Shown here: positions 27,275 through 35,660 of the stretch, one piece after another | Layout of the letters: every line of letters starts with the position of its first letter | Position numbering within the stretch: the stretch's first letter is position 1 | DNA from: an uncultured Mollicutes bacterium | Lineage (GTDB): Bacteria; Bacillota_I; Bacilli_A; RFN20; CAG-826 | Assembly: GCA_945936135.1 (NCBI GenBank) | Contig: CAMESG010000007.1 | Coordinates: forward strand, 14,396-78,395 | Length of the DNA: 64,000 nt | Reading direction: 5' to 3' | Translations under genes and position numbers: made by a program | The notes under the pieces: model-generated | What the model was told of the DNA's origin: nothing | What the model saw: the letters and a program-made list of their open reading frames with translations, nothing else | Database searches by the model: none

Positions 27275-28839
27275 GCTTCCTCACTCCTTCGATGCAACAG
27301 ACTAGAAACGAGATGTTCTTTTAACAAAGCAAGGCCCCCAAGGTAGAAGATCGCATCTCCCGCGACCATTACGATCAACGCGATGAGATTTGCCTTCCAA
27401 AGTTCGTCCCCTTTATAAGGCAGGGCATTGATGAGAAGCGGAGAAAGGAAATAGGTCAATACACCGATAAGGAGGCCCATTCCTACGATCTTCGCGTTGT
27501 TCCAATTGAAGATCGCCGGGACGGAATATTTCTTCGTCACCGCGATAAGAAAAACGAGGAGAAGAAGGTCGGTAACCATGGTCGCGATGCCAACGCCGAT
27601 CGCAGGCTGATTCTTAAAAACGGTTAACGCCAGGACAAGGGATAAGCCGATGTTCAATAGAACCCCTCCTGCCAGACCGTAGAAGTAGGACTTTTCTTTC
27701 TTCATGGGCAAGAGGATCTGCGTGTAAATGCTATCGCCCAAGGAATAGGTGAGCATCGTCAAACAGAGAATGGAAAGGACGAGAGAACTTTCTTGGTATT
27801 GGTTTGAGAGTTCCGATCCAGAAATCAAGGAGGTGATCGGGTGGGAGAGGGCGCTCATCGTCGCGATCGCCGGAATCGCGATGAAAAAAGCGATGCCAAA
27901 AGAGTAATTCAGGAGATTCTGGAAGAAGACCTTGTTCTCTTTTTCGTAATAAAATGAGGCGCGAGGCATGAAGACGACGAAGAGGGAAGTGATCAACGTA
28001 ATAATGATATCGATGCCTTTGACGCCGACCGAATAGGAACCTACCGCGGCTTTGCTAGGGTCGATATAGCCAAGCAAGAACTCGTCCGTTTGGTTATAAA
28101 GGGTCAAGGCCATAGAGACGAAGAACATGGAAAGAAGGGGCTTAATGAAGGGTTTAAAGTCGTAAGGGGCTGTCTTTTTAAGCGAGATATAGCGTGGCAA
28201 TAAGCAGGTGTTGAGGATGGCGGTGAAGATCGTTGTGGAGATCGCGATCAAAGCGTAGATATGCACTTCATTAAGCGACGGATTCACAAAGACACCATTT
28301 TCATCGAGATAGCCATTTTGAACTTTAATGAAAGCGAAGGTTAATAATGCTGCAAACGCGATCAAAACCACCGAACGGATCGTGATGTAGAAATGTTTCT
28401 CAAGGACAACATAGATCCATTCAAAAGAGAAGACGCCAATCAAGAAGTTAATCGAAAGAAGAAAGATCAAGCCTCCGTTTTCACGTAAGGACGGGATAGA
28501 GAACACAAGCGTCGCCATCAAAACGAAGCTGATGACGGTCATGATGCCTTGAAGGAGGAAGAATTGCTGCGTCAGATGTGAAAGCTTTTCTTTGTCGTTT
28601 TTGACCTTGCTGCATTCGCGGATCGCCAGGTTTGGGATTGAGATTTTGGCAAGGATTAAGAAGTAGTAAACAAAAGTATTGGCCCAGGTATATAGACCAA
28701 AGGTTTGCTCTCCTAGGGCTCGCGTCACGTAAGGGAACGTGACAAATGAAAGGATGGTCATCGCAAGGGTACGAATGAGGTTCGTGACCACATTCGCGCG
28801 AATCGTCTTCGAGTATTGCGCGCCTTGGGAAACTGCCAT
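27271..28839 (-). CDS. Polysaccharide flippase (Wzx / MOP superfamily)
   Basis: About 520 aa with 12-14 TM helices and a typical Wzx N-terminus (IRANVVTNLIRTLAMTILSFVTFPYVTRALG). ATG 28839 is preferred over the ORF-track TTG at 28845. Confidence 0.75.
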   Translation of the reverse strand: MAVSQGAQYSKTIRANVVTNLIRTLAMTILSFVTFPYVTRALGEQTFGLYTWANTFVYYFLILAKISIPNLAIRECSKVKNDKEKLSHLTQQFFLLQGIMTVISFVLMATLVFSIPSLRENGGLIFLLSINFLIGVFSFEWIYVVLEKHFYITIRSVVLIAFAALLTFAFIKVQNGYLDENGVFVNPSLNEVHIYALIAISTTIFTAILNTCLLPRYISLKKTAPYDFKPFIKPLLSMFFVSMALTLYNQTDEFLLGYIDPSKAAVGSYSVGVKGIDIIITLITSLFVVFMPRASFYYEKENKVFFQNLLNYSFGIAFFIAIPAIATMSALSHPITSLISGSELSNQYQESSLVLSILCLTMLTYSLGDSIYTQILLPMKKEKSYFYGLAGGVLLNIGLSLVLALTVFKNQPAIGVGIATMVTDLLLLVFLIAVTKKYSVPAIFNWNNAKIVGMGLLIGVLTYFLSPLLINALPYKGDELWKANLIALIVMVAGDAIFYLGGLALLKEHLVSSLLHRRSEEA

Positions 28840-29084
28840 GGGCAAATTATCGCACCATTGAGAAGAAGGAACTAGAAATTTCTTGTTCTTGGTGTGGAAG
28901 GGGATTTAGCCGGATTTATTTAATCAAACTGACCTGGAGAATGGTGTATCGCATTTCTGATCTTAACCTGTTTCGTTCCGTCAACATCTAGGACCGCGTA
29001 GCTATAGAAATCGATCGATTCCAAAGGAATTGATCTACGAATTTCTATGTCCCCAGGAGGGACAAGTCCGTTTATAATGAAGCG

Positions 29085-30272
29085 GTGAAGATTCTCGTCG
29101 TTTGTCAGCATTATTACCCAGAAAATTTCTCGATCTCCTCTCTTTGCGAGACTTTCGTTGAAGATGGGCATGAGGTTTTGGTGGTTACGGGGAAACCGAA
29201 TTACGGTTATGGGCGAATTTTGGAAGGATATGAAAACGTCACGGACGAAGTAATCCGCGGGGTTCGTGTTCATCGCGTCAATTTGATTGCCCGTTCAGAA
29301 GGCAGAATGTCGATTGTTAAGAACTACCTTTCTTTTTGGAAGAACTCCAAGAATTATCTTTCTCATTTAAAGGAAGAATTCGACGTTGTGTATTCGATGT
29401 CTTTAAGCCCCGTGATTTCCATTGCTGGGGCGAATATTTATGCAAGAAAACACAAGGTTCGCCACGTCTTGCATTGCTTGGATCTTTGGCCGGAATCGGT
29501 CGCGATCACCCATGCGATTTCCAAAGGGAATCCTCTTTATTGGGCGCTCTATTTTTGGTCGCGTTCTCTTTATTCAAAGACGAGCAAAGTCTTGGTTTCC
29601 TCCCCTTCCTTCATTGATTATTTCCGTCATGTTTTACGTTTAAAGAAACTCCCGATTGAATATGTTCCTCAGCCGCCTTTCCTTGCGGAAAAGGCGGGTG
29701 CAGACGTTCAATATCCCCATCGGTACAACCTTGTTTATGCCGGGAATGTCGGAACCCTTCAATTGGTCGAGAACCTTGCAAAAGCAACAGAAAAGGCCGC
29801 AAAAAGCGTTGATGTTTGCTTGCATATCATTGGAATGGGTGCTCGATCAAAAGCCTTGAAAGAGTGGATTGAAGAAGCGAATGCCCAAGATCACGTCGTT
29901 CTTTATGGCACCCGCCCTCGCGGTGTTACGGCAACCTTTTTCCCCAACGCAACAGGCATTGTCGTAACCCTTACGTCCGGCGGGACAGTTGGCAAAACAA
30001 TTCCCAGCAAGCTCAATGCTTCGTTGTGCTTTGCCCGTCCGGTTCTTGCTTGTATCGAAGGTGATGGGAAAGAGGTTTTAAAGGAAGCCAAGGGCTCGGT
30101 TTTCTCCGCCGGCGAAAGCGTTGATGAACTCGCGAACGCCATTCTTGCTCTTTGCTCGTTGAGCGATGAAGAACGGGAAAATCTTGGAAAAAATAACCTG
30201 GCTTATTTCAACGATCATTTCTGCATGTCGCGGATTGCGAAAACAATTGAAGAAGAACTAAAGACGAAGTAA
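29085..30272 (+). CDS. GT4-family glycosyltransferase (WcaI-like)
   Basis: MKILVVCQHYYPENFSIS...GHEV.VVTGKPNY is a typical WcaI-like N-terminus. The start is GTG. Confidence 0.8.
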   Translation: MKILVVCQHYYPENFSISSLCETFVEDGHEVLVVTGKPNYGYGRILEGYENVTDEVIRGVRVHRVNLIARSEGRMSIVKNYLSFWKNSKNYLSHLKEEFDVVYSMSLSPVISIAGANIYARKHKVRHVLHCLDLWPESVAITHAISKGNPLYWALYFWSRSLYSKTSKVLVSSPSFIDYFRHVLRLKKLPIEYVPQPPFLAEKAGADVQYPHRYNLVYAGNVGTLQLVENLAKATEKAAKSVDVCLHIIGMGARSKALKEWIEEANAQDHVVLYGTRPRGVTATFFPNATGIVVTLTSGGTVGKTIPSKLNASLCFARPVLACIEGDGKEVLKEAKGSVFSAGESVDELANAILALCSLSDEERENLGKNNLAYFNDHFCMSRIAKTIEEELKTK

Positions 30273-31349
30273 GAAATCCAAGAACTTTTTCCCCAGGGCT
30301 TCGTAACCCAAGAGGTCTTGGATTTTTTCTTTGGCGTTGTTGATTGGCGCATCCTGGAAGCCGTTTTCAAAACGTTCTCTTAAAGATTTTTCGATTTCGC
30401 TAGCTTCTTTAGGCAACCAATCAACATCGCCGGGGAACATGGATTTTAAAATCGAATTCGGTGTGGAGGCGATGCGATTTCCATTAGATAGGTATTCCAG
30501 ATTCTTGGATGGAACGGAGACGCTGTCTAGGTCTTCTCGATACCATCTTGGATTAATAAGAACGGTAGCGTGTTGTTCCATCGCGATGTTTTCTTCTTTG
30601 ATCAATTGCCCCATGAAGTGAAGGCTTGGGTGCTGCGCCGCGAGATTTTTGATTTCCTCTTCCATTGGGCCATGGCCAGCGATGTAAAGGGGGATGTTTG
30701 AATTGGATGCTAGATAGGCGCGAACCAAGGAACCGGTTCCGTCCTTTTCAAAGAGGGAACCTCCATAGTAATAGTAATCGCCTTGAACAAGGGGTTTCTT
30801 CTTTTGAAAAGGTTCCACGATTCCAGGGAAGAGGAAATGAGGCTTTTTCTTCGCGGAGAAGGTCTCAAGCAAGCCTTCGGTTAAGGCGAGGTAGGCGTTA
30901 GCTTTTTTCGCGTATCTCTTACATAGGAAGCGATAGGGAAAAGAAGCTCCCGTGATGTTTTCGGGCGCATCTGTCAAAACGGAAACCAAGGGTAGATTGT
31001 GCTTTTTAAAAATTTTGCTTGCACCACTAGATAAAGCGAGATTCAAGGATTCGCAGATGAGGACGTCCGGTTCGAAAGTTGAGCGAAGTTTTTCAAAGGC
31101 GTTTTCAACATTTCGAAGCGTTTCTTTCCGACTCTTTTCTCGACGGACAAATACGTAGTCTTGGTAAAGCGAAGGATCAAACGAGAAAGACGGGGCGAAT
31201 GTGATGACCTTGCATTCTAAAGCAGTTTCGAAAGTGGCAATAAGACGGAGATAGAAATTTTCTGCCGCGGGGTTAAGACGAATCCCCTTTTCACCCGCCT
31301 CGTTGAAAAGCGTTTCGGGCAAGGCGGTTGTAAACAAAACGATTTTCAT
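30258..31349 (-). CDS. GT-B fold glycosyltransferase (GT4-like)
   Basis: C-terminal Rossmann half (YYYGGSL...GTGSLV, IAGHGP, VPSKNLEYLSNG). It is translationally coupled to the upstream GT. Confidence 0.6.
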   Translation of the reverse strand: MKIVLFTTALPETLFNEAGEKGIRLNPAAENFYLRLIATFETALECKVITFAPSFSFDPSLYQDYVFVRREKSRKETLRNVENAFEKLRSTFEPDVLICESLNLALSSGASKIFKKHNLPLVSVLTDAPENITGASFPYRFLCKRYAKKANAYLALTEGLLETFSAKKKPHFLFPGIVEPFQKKKPLVQGDYYYYGGSLFEKDGTGSLVRAYLASNSNIPLYIAGHGPMEEEIKNLAAQHPSLHFMGQLIKEENIAMEQHATVLINPRWYREDLDSVSVPSKNLEYLSNGNRIASTPNSILKSMFPGDVDWLPKEASEIEKSLRERFENGFQDAPINNAKEKIQDLLGYEALGKKFLDFLLRL

Positions 31350-32497
31350 TTTTGTTTCTCCGTAAGGTAGGACTCAAAGAAAGCGAGGTGGGCTCTCGCG
31401 GAGACTTCCAAGGTGTTATTTCTCGCGGTTTCTAGCGCGGCATCAATAAAGGATGGTGCTAAGATTTGATTCAAAGCTTTCAGGATGCCTTCTTCATCCT
31501 CAAGGGAGACCACGAAACCGTTCTTTCCGTTTTCAAGAAGGTGAAGCGCAGCGTTCATATTTTCGGTTGCGACCACGGGCAAACCTTGGCTTAAGGCTTC
31601 GTTGATCACGTGTCCGTAGATATCTTCTTTTGAAAGGATGACCGCGGCATCGCACGCCCGATAAAGACGGAACAAATCCTTATGGGGAAGATAAGGAAGG
31701 AGCTTAACGTTTGTTAGTTTCAACTCTTCGATTTGCTTAAGATACGCTTCTTTCAATGGACCTTCGCCCGTAAGCAAAAGCGTTGATTCCGTTGGCATTT
31801 TGCACCATAAAGCAATCAATTGAGCGTTGTTTTTTCGTTCAATGAATTGGGAAGAACAGACGTAAATATTCTTTCCGGCTAAACCGAGTTCCTTTCTTAG
31901 AACGGCTTTTTTTTCACTCGACAAAGGCTCTTTCGAAAGCTCGGATTCATGGATGGAAGAGTAGGGATAAAGATGAATTTTGGACGGATCCGCCCCATAG
32001 AATTCTAGGTATTCCGCGCTGCGAAGATCGGGTGCGAGATAAGAGGTCGCTCCTTGGATGGAGGACGTTTTTTTCTTGCGAAGCCACCGGGGCTCGTCCT
32101 CTTTCTTGATGCCTCCATTGATATAGAAAACATAAGGGATTTTGCGTTTCTTGCAGTAATGAATCGCGAGTTGCTCGGTGAGGGTCGACCATCCATTGAG
32201 AACCACGACATCGTAGGCAGGATCTTTTAAATACTTCTTGTAGACAAAAGTCAGGTTGTTCGCTCCGCCAATAGGTAGAGAATTCGCGATTTCCGCATGG
32301 AAGGACAACGCCTTTTCTCCATAGAAAATCGCATTCCTTCCTTTCTCGGAAGCCCGTTCGAAAAGGACATCGAGTTCAATGGATTTGCCTAATTCGTTGA
32401 AAAGGTCGACTTTGTAAGGCGCCGGGTGGTTAAACAACCAAAAGATTTTCACGGGGAGATTATGCCACAAAGGGGAATAAGATATAATCTTTCTCAT
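31346..32497 (-). CDS. GT4-family glycosyltransferase (alternative GTG start at 32452)
   Basis: LLLTGEGP..., EDIYGHVINEALSQGLPVVATEN (EX7E region). Confidence 0.8.
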   Translation of the reverse strand: MRKIISYSPLWHNLPVKIFWLFNHPAPYKVDLFNELGKSIELDVLFERASEKGRNAIFYGEKALSFHAEIANSLPIGGANNLTFVYKKYLKDPAYDVVVLNGWSTLTEQLAIHYCKKRKIPYVFYINGGIKKEDEPRWLRKKKTSSIQGATSYLAPDLRSAEYLEFYGADPSKIHLYPYSSIHESELSKEPLSSEKKAVLRKELGLAGKNIYVCSSQFIERKNNAQLIALWCKMPTESTLLLTGEGPLKEAYLKQIEELKLTNVKLLPYLPHKDLFRLYRACDAAVILSKEDIYGHVINEALSQGLPVVATENMNAALHLLENGKNGFVVSLEDEEGILKALNQILAPSFIDAALETARNNTLEVSARAHLAFFESYLTEKQK

Positions 32498-33155
32498 GAT
32501 CCAAGGTTGGGAGACGTTTTTCGAAGAAGAACTAACGAAGGATGATTTTCAGCATTTTCTTTCCTTTATCCGCGCAACGTTTGCGACAGGAGAAAAGATC
32601 TTTCCTCCGATAGGAAAGGTATTCCGAGCCTTCCAAGAACTTGAAGCCAAAGACGTCAAAGTCGTTTTGATTGGGCAAGATCCGTACCATCAACCAGGAC
32701 AAGCCATGGGCCTTTGCTTCTCGGTTCCCGAAGGTGTGATGTGGCCTCCTTCGCTTCGCAATATCTTCAAAGAACTGGAAGACGATGTGGGCGTGACTCG
32801 AACTTCCGGCGATTTAAGCGGATGGGCAAAGCAAGGCGTCTTACTTCTTAATGCATATTTGATCGTAAAGGAAGGACAACCTTTGAGTTTGGCAACCAAG
32901 GAGAATGACGTTTTCACCGAAGACGTGATCCGTTATTTGAATAGTTTGGATCAGCCGATCGTCTTTTTGCTTTGGGGCGGTTTTGCCAAACGATATGCCC
33001 CCTTGCTAACCAACCCAAATCATCTCGTTTTGAAGGCAGCTCATCCTTCTCCTTTGTCGGCGAATCGCGGGGGATTCTTTGGAACGCGGCCCTTTTCAAA
33101 GATCAACCGATATCTTGAAAATCACCATATCTCGCCCATTGACTGGAGCAAGTAG
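32496..33155 (+). CDS. ung: Uracil-DNA glycosylase
   Basis: VVLIGQDPYHQPGQAMGLCFSV and HPSPLSA motifs. Confidence 0.93.
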   Translation: MIQGWETFFEEELTKDDFQHFLSFIRATFATGEKIFPPIGKVFRAFQELEAKDVKVVLIGQDPYHQPGQAMGLCFSVPEGVMWPPSLRNIFKELEDDVGVTRTSGDLSGWAKQGVLLLNAYLIVKEGQPLSLATKENDVFTEDVIRYLNSLDQPIVFLLWGGFAKRYAPLLTNPNHLVLKAAHPSPLSANRGGFFGTRPFSKINRYLENHHISPIDWSK

Positions 33156-33166
33156 GTGAGTAAACT
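33139..33166 (+). promoter_or_regulatory. Candidate promoter of the TPP riboswitch-thiT unit (TTGACT-16-TAAACT)
   Basis: TTGACT at 33139-33144 (inside the ung 3' end) and TAAACT at 33161-33166. Confidence 0.5.
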
Positions 33167-33262
33167 CTATTCGACCGGAGCCGACCGTGAGTTGGCTGAG
33201 AGGAACCGTGTTGCGGTTCGACGGAATTACCTGATCCAGATAATGCTGGCGTAGGAAAGTGC
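33165..33262 (+). promoter_or_regulatory. TPP (THI-box) riboswitch
   Basis: Conserved GGCTGAGA at 33194-33201 and ACCTGATCCAGATAATGCTGGCGTAGGAAA at 33229-33258. A thiamine transporter gene follows. Confidence 0.88.
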
Positions 33263-33313
33263 ACGCTCTTCTTTTTGGGTTAGGGAATCTTATCCAAAGG
33301 AGGAGTTATTTTT

Positions 33314-34408
33314 ATGGAGAAAGAATCGAAAGAAGTCGAAACTTCTTCGACGACCCAAGGAAAGTTCAAAGCGTTCTTTTCTCGTTTTGGGGTGCTTTTT
33401 GGAGTTGCCTTCGGACTATTAACCATCGCAATGCTGTTCGCGCCTATCGTAAGCTACGAAACACGCGTGATCATTGATGAGGTGAAACACGATACGCCCT
33501 ATGCGGTGAACCTTGTCGATTTATATCGGGGAAACTATCCGTTTAATTGGTCGATGACGTTGACCCTCATCTTGCTTGGTCTTGGCGTCCTCCTTGCGGG
33601 AGGGGCGTTCCTCGGGAAAGAAGTTTTCCATTCGGATGCGGTCCGAGAGCACTTAAGCGTCGCTGCTTCCTTGTGTTTCTTGGTCTCGTTCTGTTTCTTG
33701 ACGTTAACGCGGGAATTCTTCTCTTATAACGCGGATGCGATTGAGAACTTCCATGGTGTTGATTTAGCGATTGGTGGATCTTTTGCGATAGTTTTCAGTG
33801 TGATTGCTGCGTTTTCTTGTGCGATTGTCACCTTTCAAAATCGTGAGATTAAGGTCTCTGAGATCGCGGAGGACGGCATCTTGATTGCTTTGTCGTTTGG
33901 CTTGAATTTCGTGAAAATTCCTTTAGGTGCAACGGGCGGTTCCATAAATTTCCAAATGCTGCCATTGATGATGATCGCCCTTCGTCGCGGCCCTGCTTCA
34001 GGCCTAATTTGCGGCGGCCTTCTTTATGGCTTGCTGACCTGTCTGACCGATGGTTATGGCTTTGCGACGTATCCTTTCGACTACCTTATAGGCTTTGGCT
34101 CCGTGGCAGTTTTGGGCTTTATCCGCCCGCTTGCTCTGTCCAGGGGTCAAATTGAACAACCAAACCAAGTGAAAGGACTAGTGATCGGCGAAGTCTCGCT
34201 ATTGATCGCCGGCATCTTGGCAACCTTCATTCGTTTCGCGGGATCCACGGCTTCTTCCATGGTTGTCTATGGCTACGATCTAGCTTCCGCTGCGGCCTAC
34301 AACGCGGTTTATATTCCTGTTTCGGGGGCTTGCGCTTTAATCCCTTTGATGTTGCTATATCCCGCGCTTCTTCGCTTAGAAAAGCAATTTCCTACGAGAA
34401 ACCGGTAA
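33314..34408 (+). CDS. thiT: Thiamine ECF S-component ThiT fused to a ~170-aa N-terminal 4-TM extension
   Basis: The C-terminal half (MIALRRGPASGLICGGLLYGLL...) resembles ThiT. It lies downstream of the TPP riboswitch, with a GGAGG SD. Confidence 0.7.
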   Translation: MEKESKEVETSSTTQGKFKAFFSRFGVLFGVAFGLLTIAMLFAPIVSYETRVIIDEVKHDTPYAVNLVDLYRGNYPFNWSMTLTLILLGLGVLLAGGAFLGKEVFHSDAVREHLSVAASLCFLVSFCFLTLTREFFSYNADAIENFHGVDLAIGGSFAIVFSVIAAFSCAIVTFQNREIKVSEIAEDGILIALSFGLNFVKIPLGATGGSINFQMLPLMMIALRRGPASGLICGGLLYGLLTCLTDGYGFATYPFDYLIGFGSVAVLGFIRPLALSRGQIEQPNQVKGLVIGEVSLLIAGILATFIRFAGSTASSMVVYGYDLASAAAYNAVYIPVSGACALIPLMLLYPALLRLEKQFPTRNR

Positions 34409-34425
34409 TAATTTTTAAGAATACG

Positions 34426-34457
34426 GAAGTCAGGTGAATCGCTTGGCTTCTTTTTTT
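34426..34457 (+). terminator. Rho-independent terminator after thiT
   Basis: GAAGTCA-11 nt-TGGCTTC stem followed by TTTTTTT. Confidence 0.6.
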
Positions 34458-34508
34458 ATTCGGTTTTGCTTTGCGCATCACTATAATACCCCGTGAAAGG
34501 TGAGAACC

Positions 34509-35606
34509 ATGGACGAAGAAAAGAAAATCGAAGAAGCGGAAGCTGAAGTAGAAAAAGTTGAAGAAGTCATCGACGATGATTTTGCAGACGCGGTAAAACC
34601 TGTTGCCGAATCCGTTGTTGAGGAAAAGGAAGAAGAGCCTGAACCCGAACCGGAACCTGAGAAAGAACCAGAGCCCGAAGAGATCGTGTATTCCGACGAT
34701 CGTTTGAAAGCGGTCGAAGATGCGCGTCTTTTGTGGAATAAAACCTATCGGAAGACCAATTCCATTAAAACGGCGATTTCTTTCTCTGCGATTGCTTTGA
34801 TCATTCTTGGCTACATCATTCCCTATTTCGCTTTGGCGGGCCAAGAAGAAAGCGCGAGAAGTACTTGGACGCTTGTGATCTGTGGCATCACCGCCGTGAT
34901 CGGCATCGGCGCCATCGCTGCTTATGGCTTCTACGCCCGGAAAAAGAATCGCGAAACGATTTCCAAATACTTCAATGCCTATTATTCGAACGTTAACGCG
35001 TATGCCTTTGATGGTTTGGATATCCGTAACCTTTCCGGAAACGCGGATGCCAAGATCGAAAAGGCGGAAGTGGATGCCTGCGGACTCTATCCTAATTCGC
35101 AAGTTGGAAGCCGTGACAATTTGACGTTCACCTATAAAGACCTCGACTGCGCTTTGTGCGATATGGCCGCTCAAAAGGACACGGGCAAGGCCTTGACCAC
35201 CGTGTTTGTGGGCAAATACCTTCGTGCCCATAACCACCGTACCATTTCTTCGGATGGCTTGGTGATTTATTTCAAGGGAAACGCCAGGGCTTTGCCCCCG
35301 ACCGTGACCCTTCCGGTTTACGAAGACAACAAGAAATTCGTGGTCTACGGCTCGAAAGAAGATGCGAGAATCCTCACCCACGATATCCGCGATGCCTTCC
35401 GCAACATCCGCACGGATTCCTTGCTTGTTGACGTTGCGATTGCCATCAAACCTGGCCGCACCTTCATCGCGATGGGGTACGAAGATGATTTGATGATTCT
35501 TCCCAACGATAAGCCCTTTAACCCGAAGTACGTGGAAGAGTACGCCAAGCAGGTTCGTCAATTCTTAGAATTGGCCGTCCTCCTTGATGGGGAAAATAGT
35601 AAGTAA
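34509..35606 (+). CDS. Two-TM membrane protein with an acidic EPEPEP N-terminus, unknown function
   Basis: TATAAT at 34482-34487, an AAAGGTGA SD, two clear TM helices, a ~220-aa C-terminal domain, and its own terminator. Confidence 0.55.
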   Translation: MDEEKKIEEAEAEVEKVEEVIDDDFADAVKPVAESVVEEKEEEPEPEPEPEKEPEPEEIVYSDDRLKAVEDARLLWNKTYRKTNSIKTAISFSAIALIILGYIIPYFALAGQEESARSTWTLVICGITAVIGIGAIAAYGFYARKKNRETISKYFNAYYSNVNAYAFDGLDIRNLSGNADAKIEKAEVDACGLYPNSQVGSRDNLTFTYKDLDCALCDMAAQKDTGKALTTVFVGKYLRAHNHRTISSDGLVIYFKGNARALPPTVTLPVYEDNKKFVVYGSKEDARILTHDIRDAFRNIRTDSLLVDVAIAIKPGRTFIAMGYEDDLMILPNDKPFNPKYVEEYAKQVRQFLELAVLLDGENSK

Positions 35607-35628
35607 TTCTCTTAGATCGTTGTATAAT

Positions 35629-35660
35629 GCCAGCGAGAGGTTCTCCTCTGCTGGCTTTTT
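35629..35660 (+). terminator. Rho-independent terminator
   Basis: GCCAGCGAGAGG-ttct-CCTCTGCTGGC stem followed by TTTTT, ending 1 nt before ATG 35661. Confidence 0.75.

Noticed and set aside
28920-29273. A 117-aa minus-strand ORF spanning the wzx/GT divergent region and the first 190 nt of the WcaI-like GT gene. An internal 63-aa version would start at 29111.
   Set aside because: It overlaps a well-supported GT N-terminus. I recognised no SD and no family. The region is better explained as a regulatory spacer with palindromes. A short remnant gene cannot be fully excluded.
34392-35561. A 389-aa minus-strand ORF that covers the whole hypothetical membrane-protein gene.
   Set aside because: It has no SD or promoter context and its composition is odd. 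The plus-strand ORF has a promoter, an SD, clear TM helices and flanking terminators.
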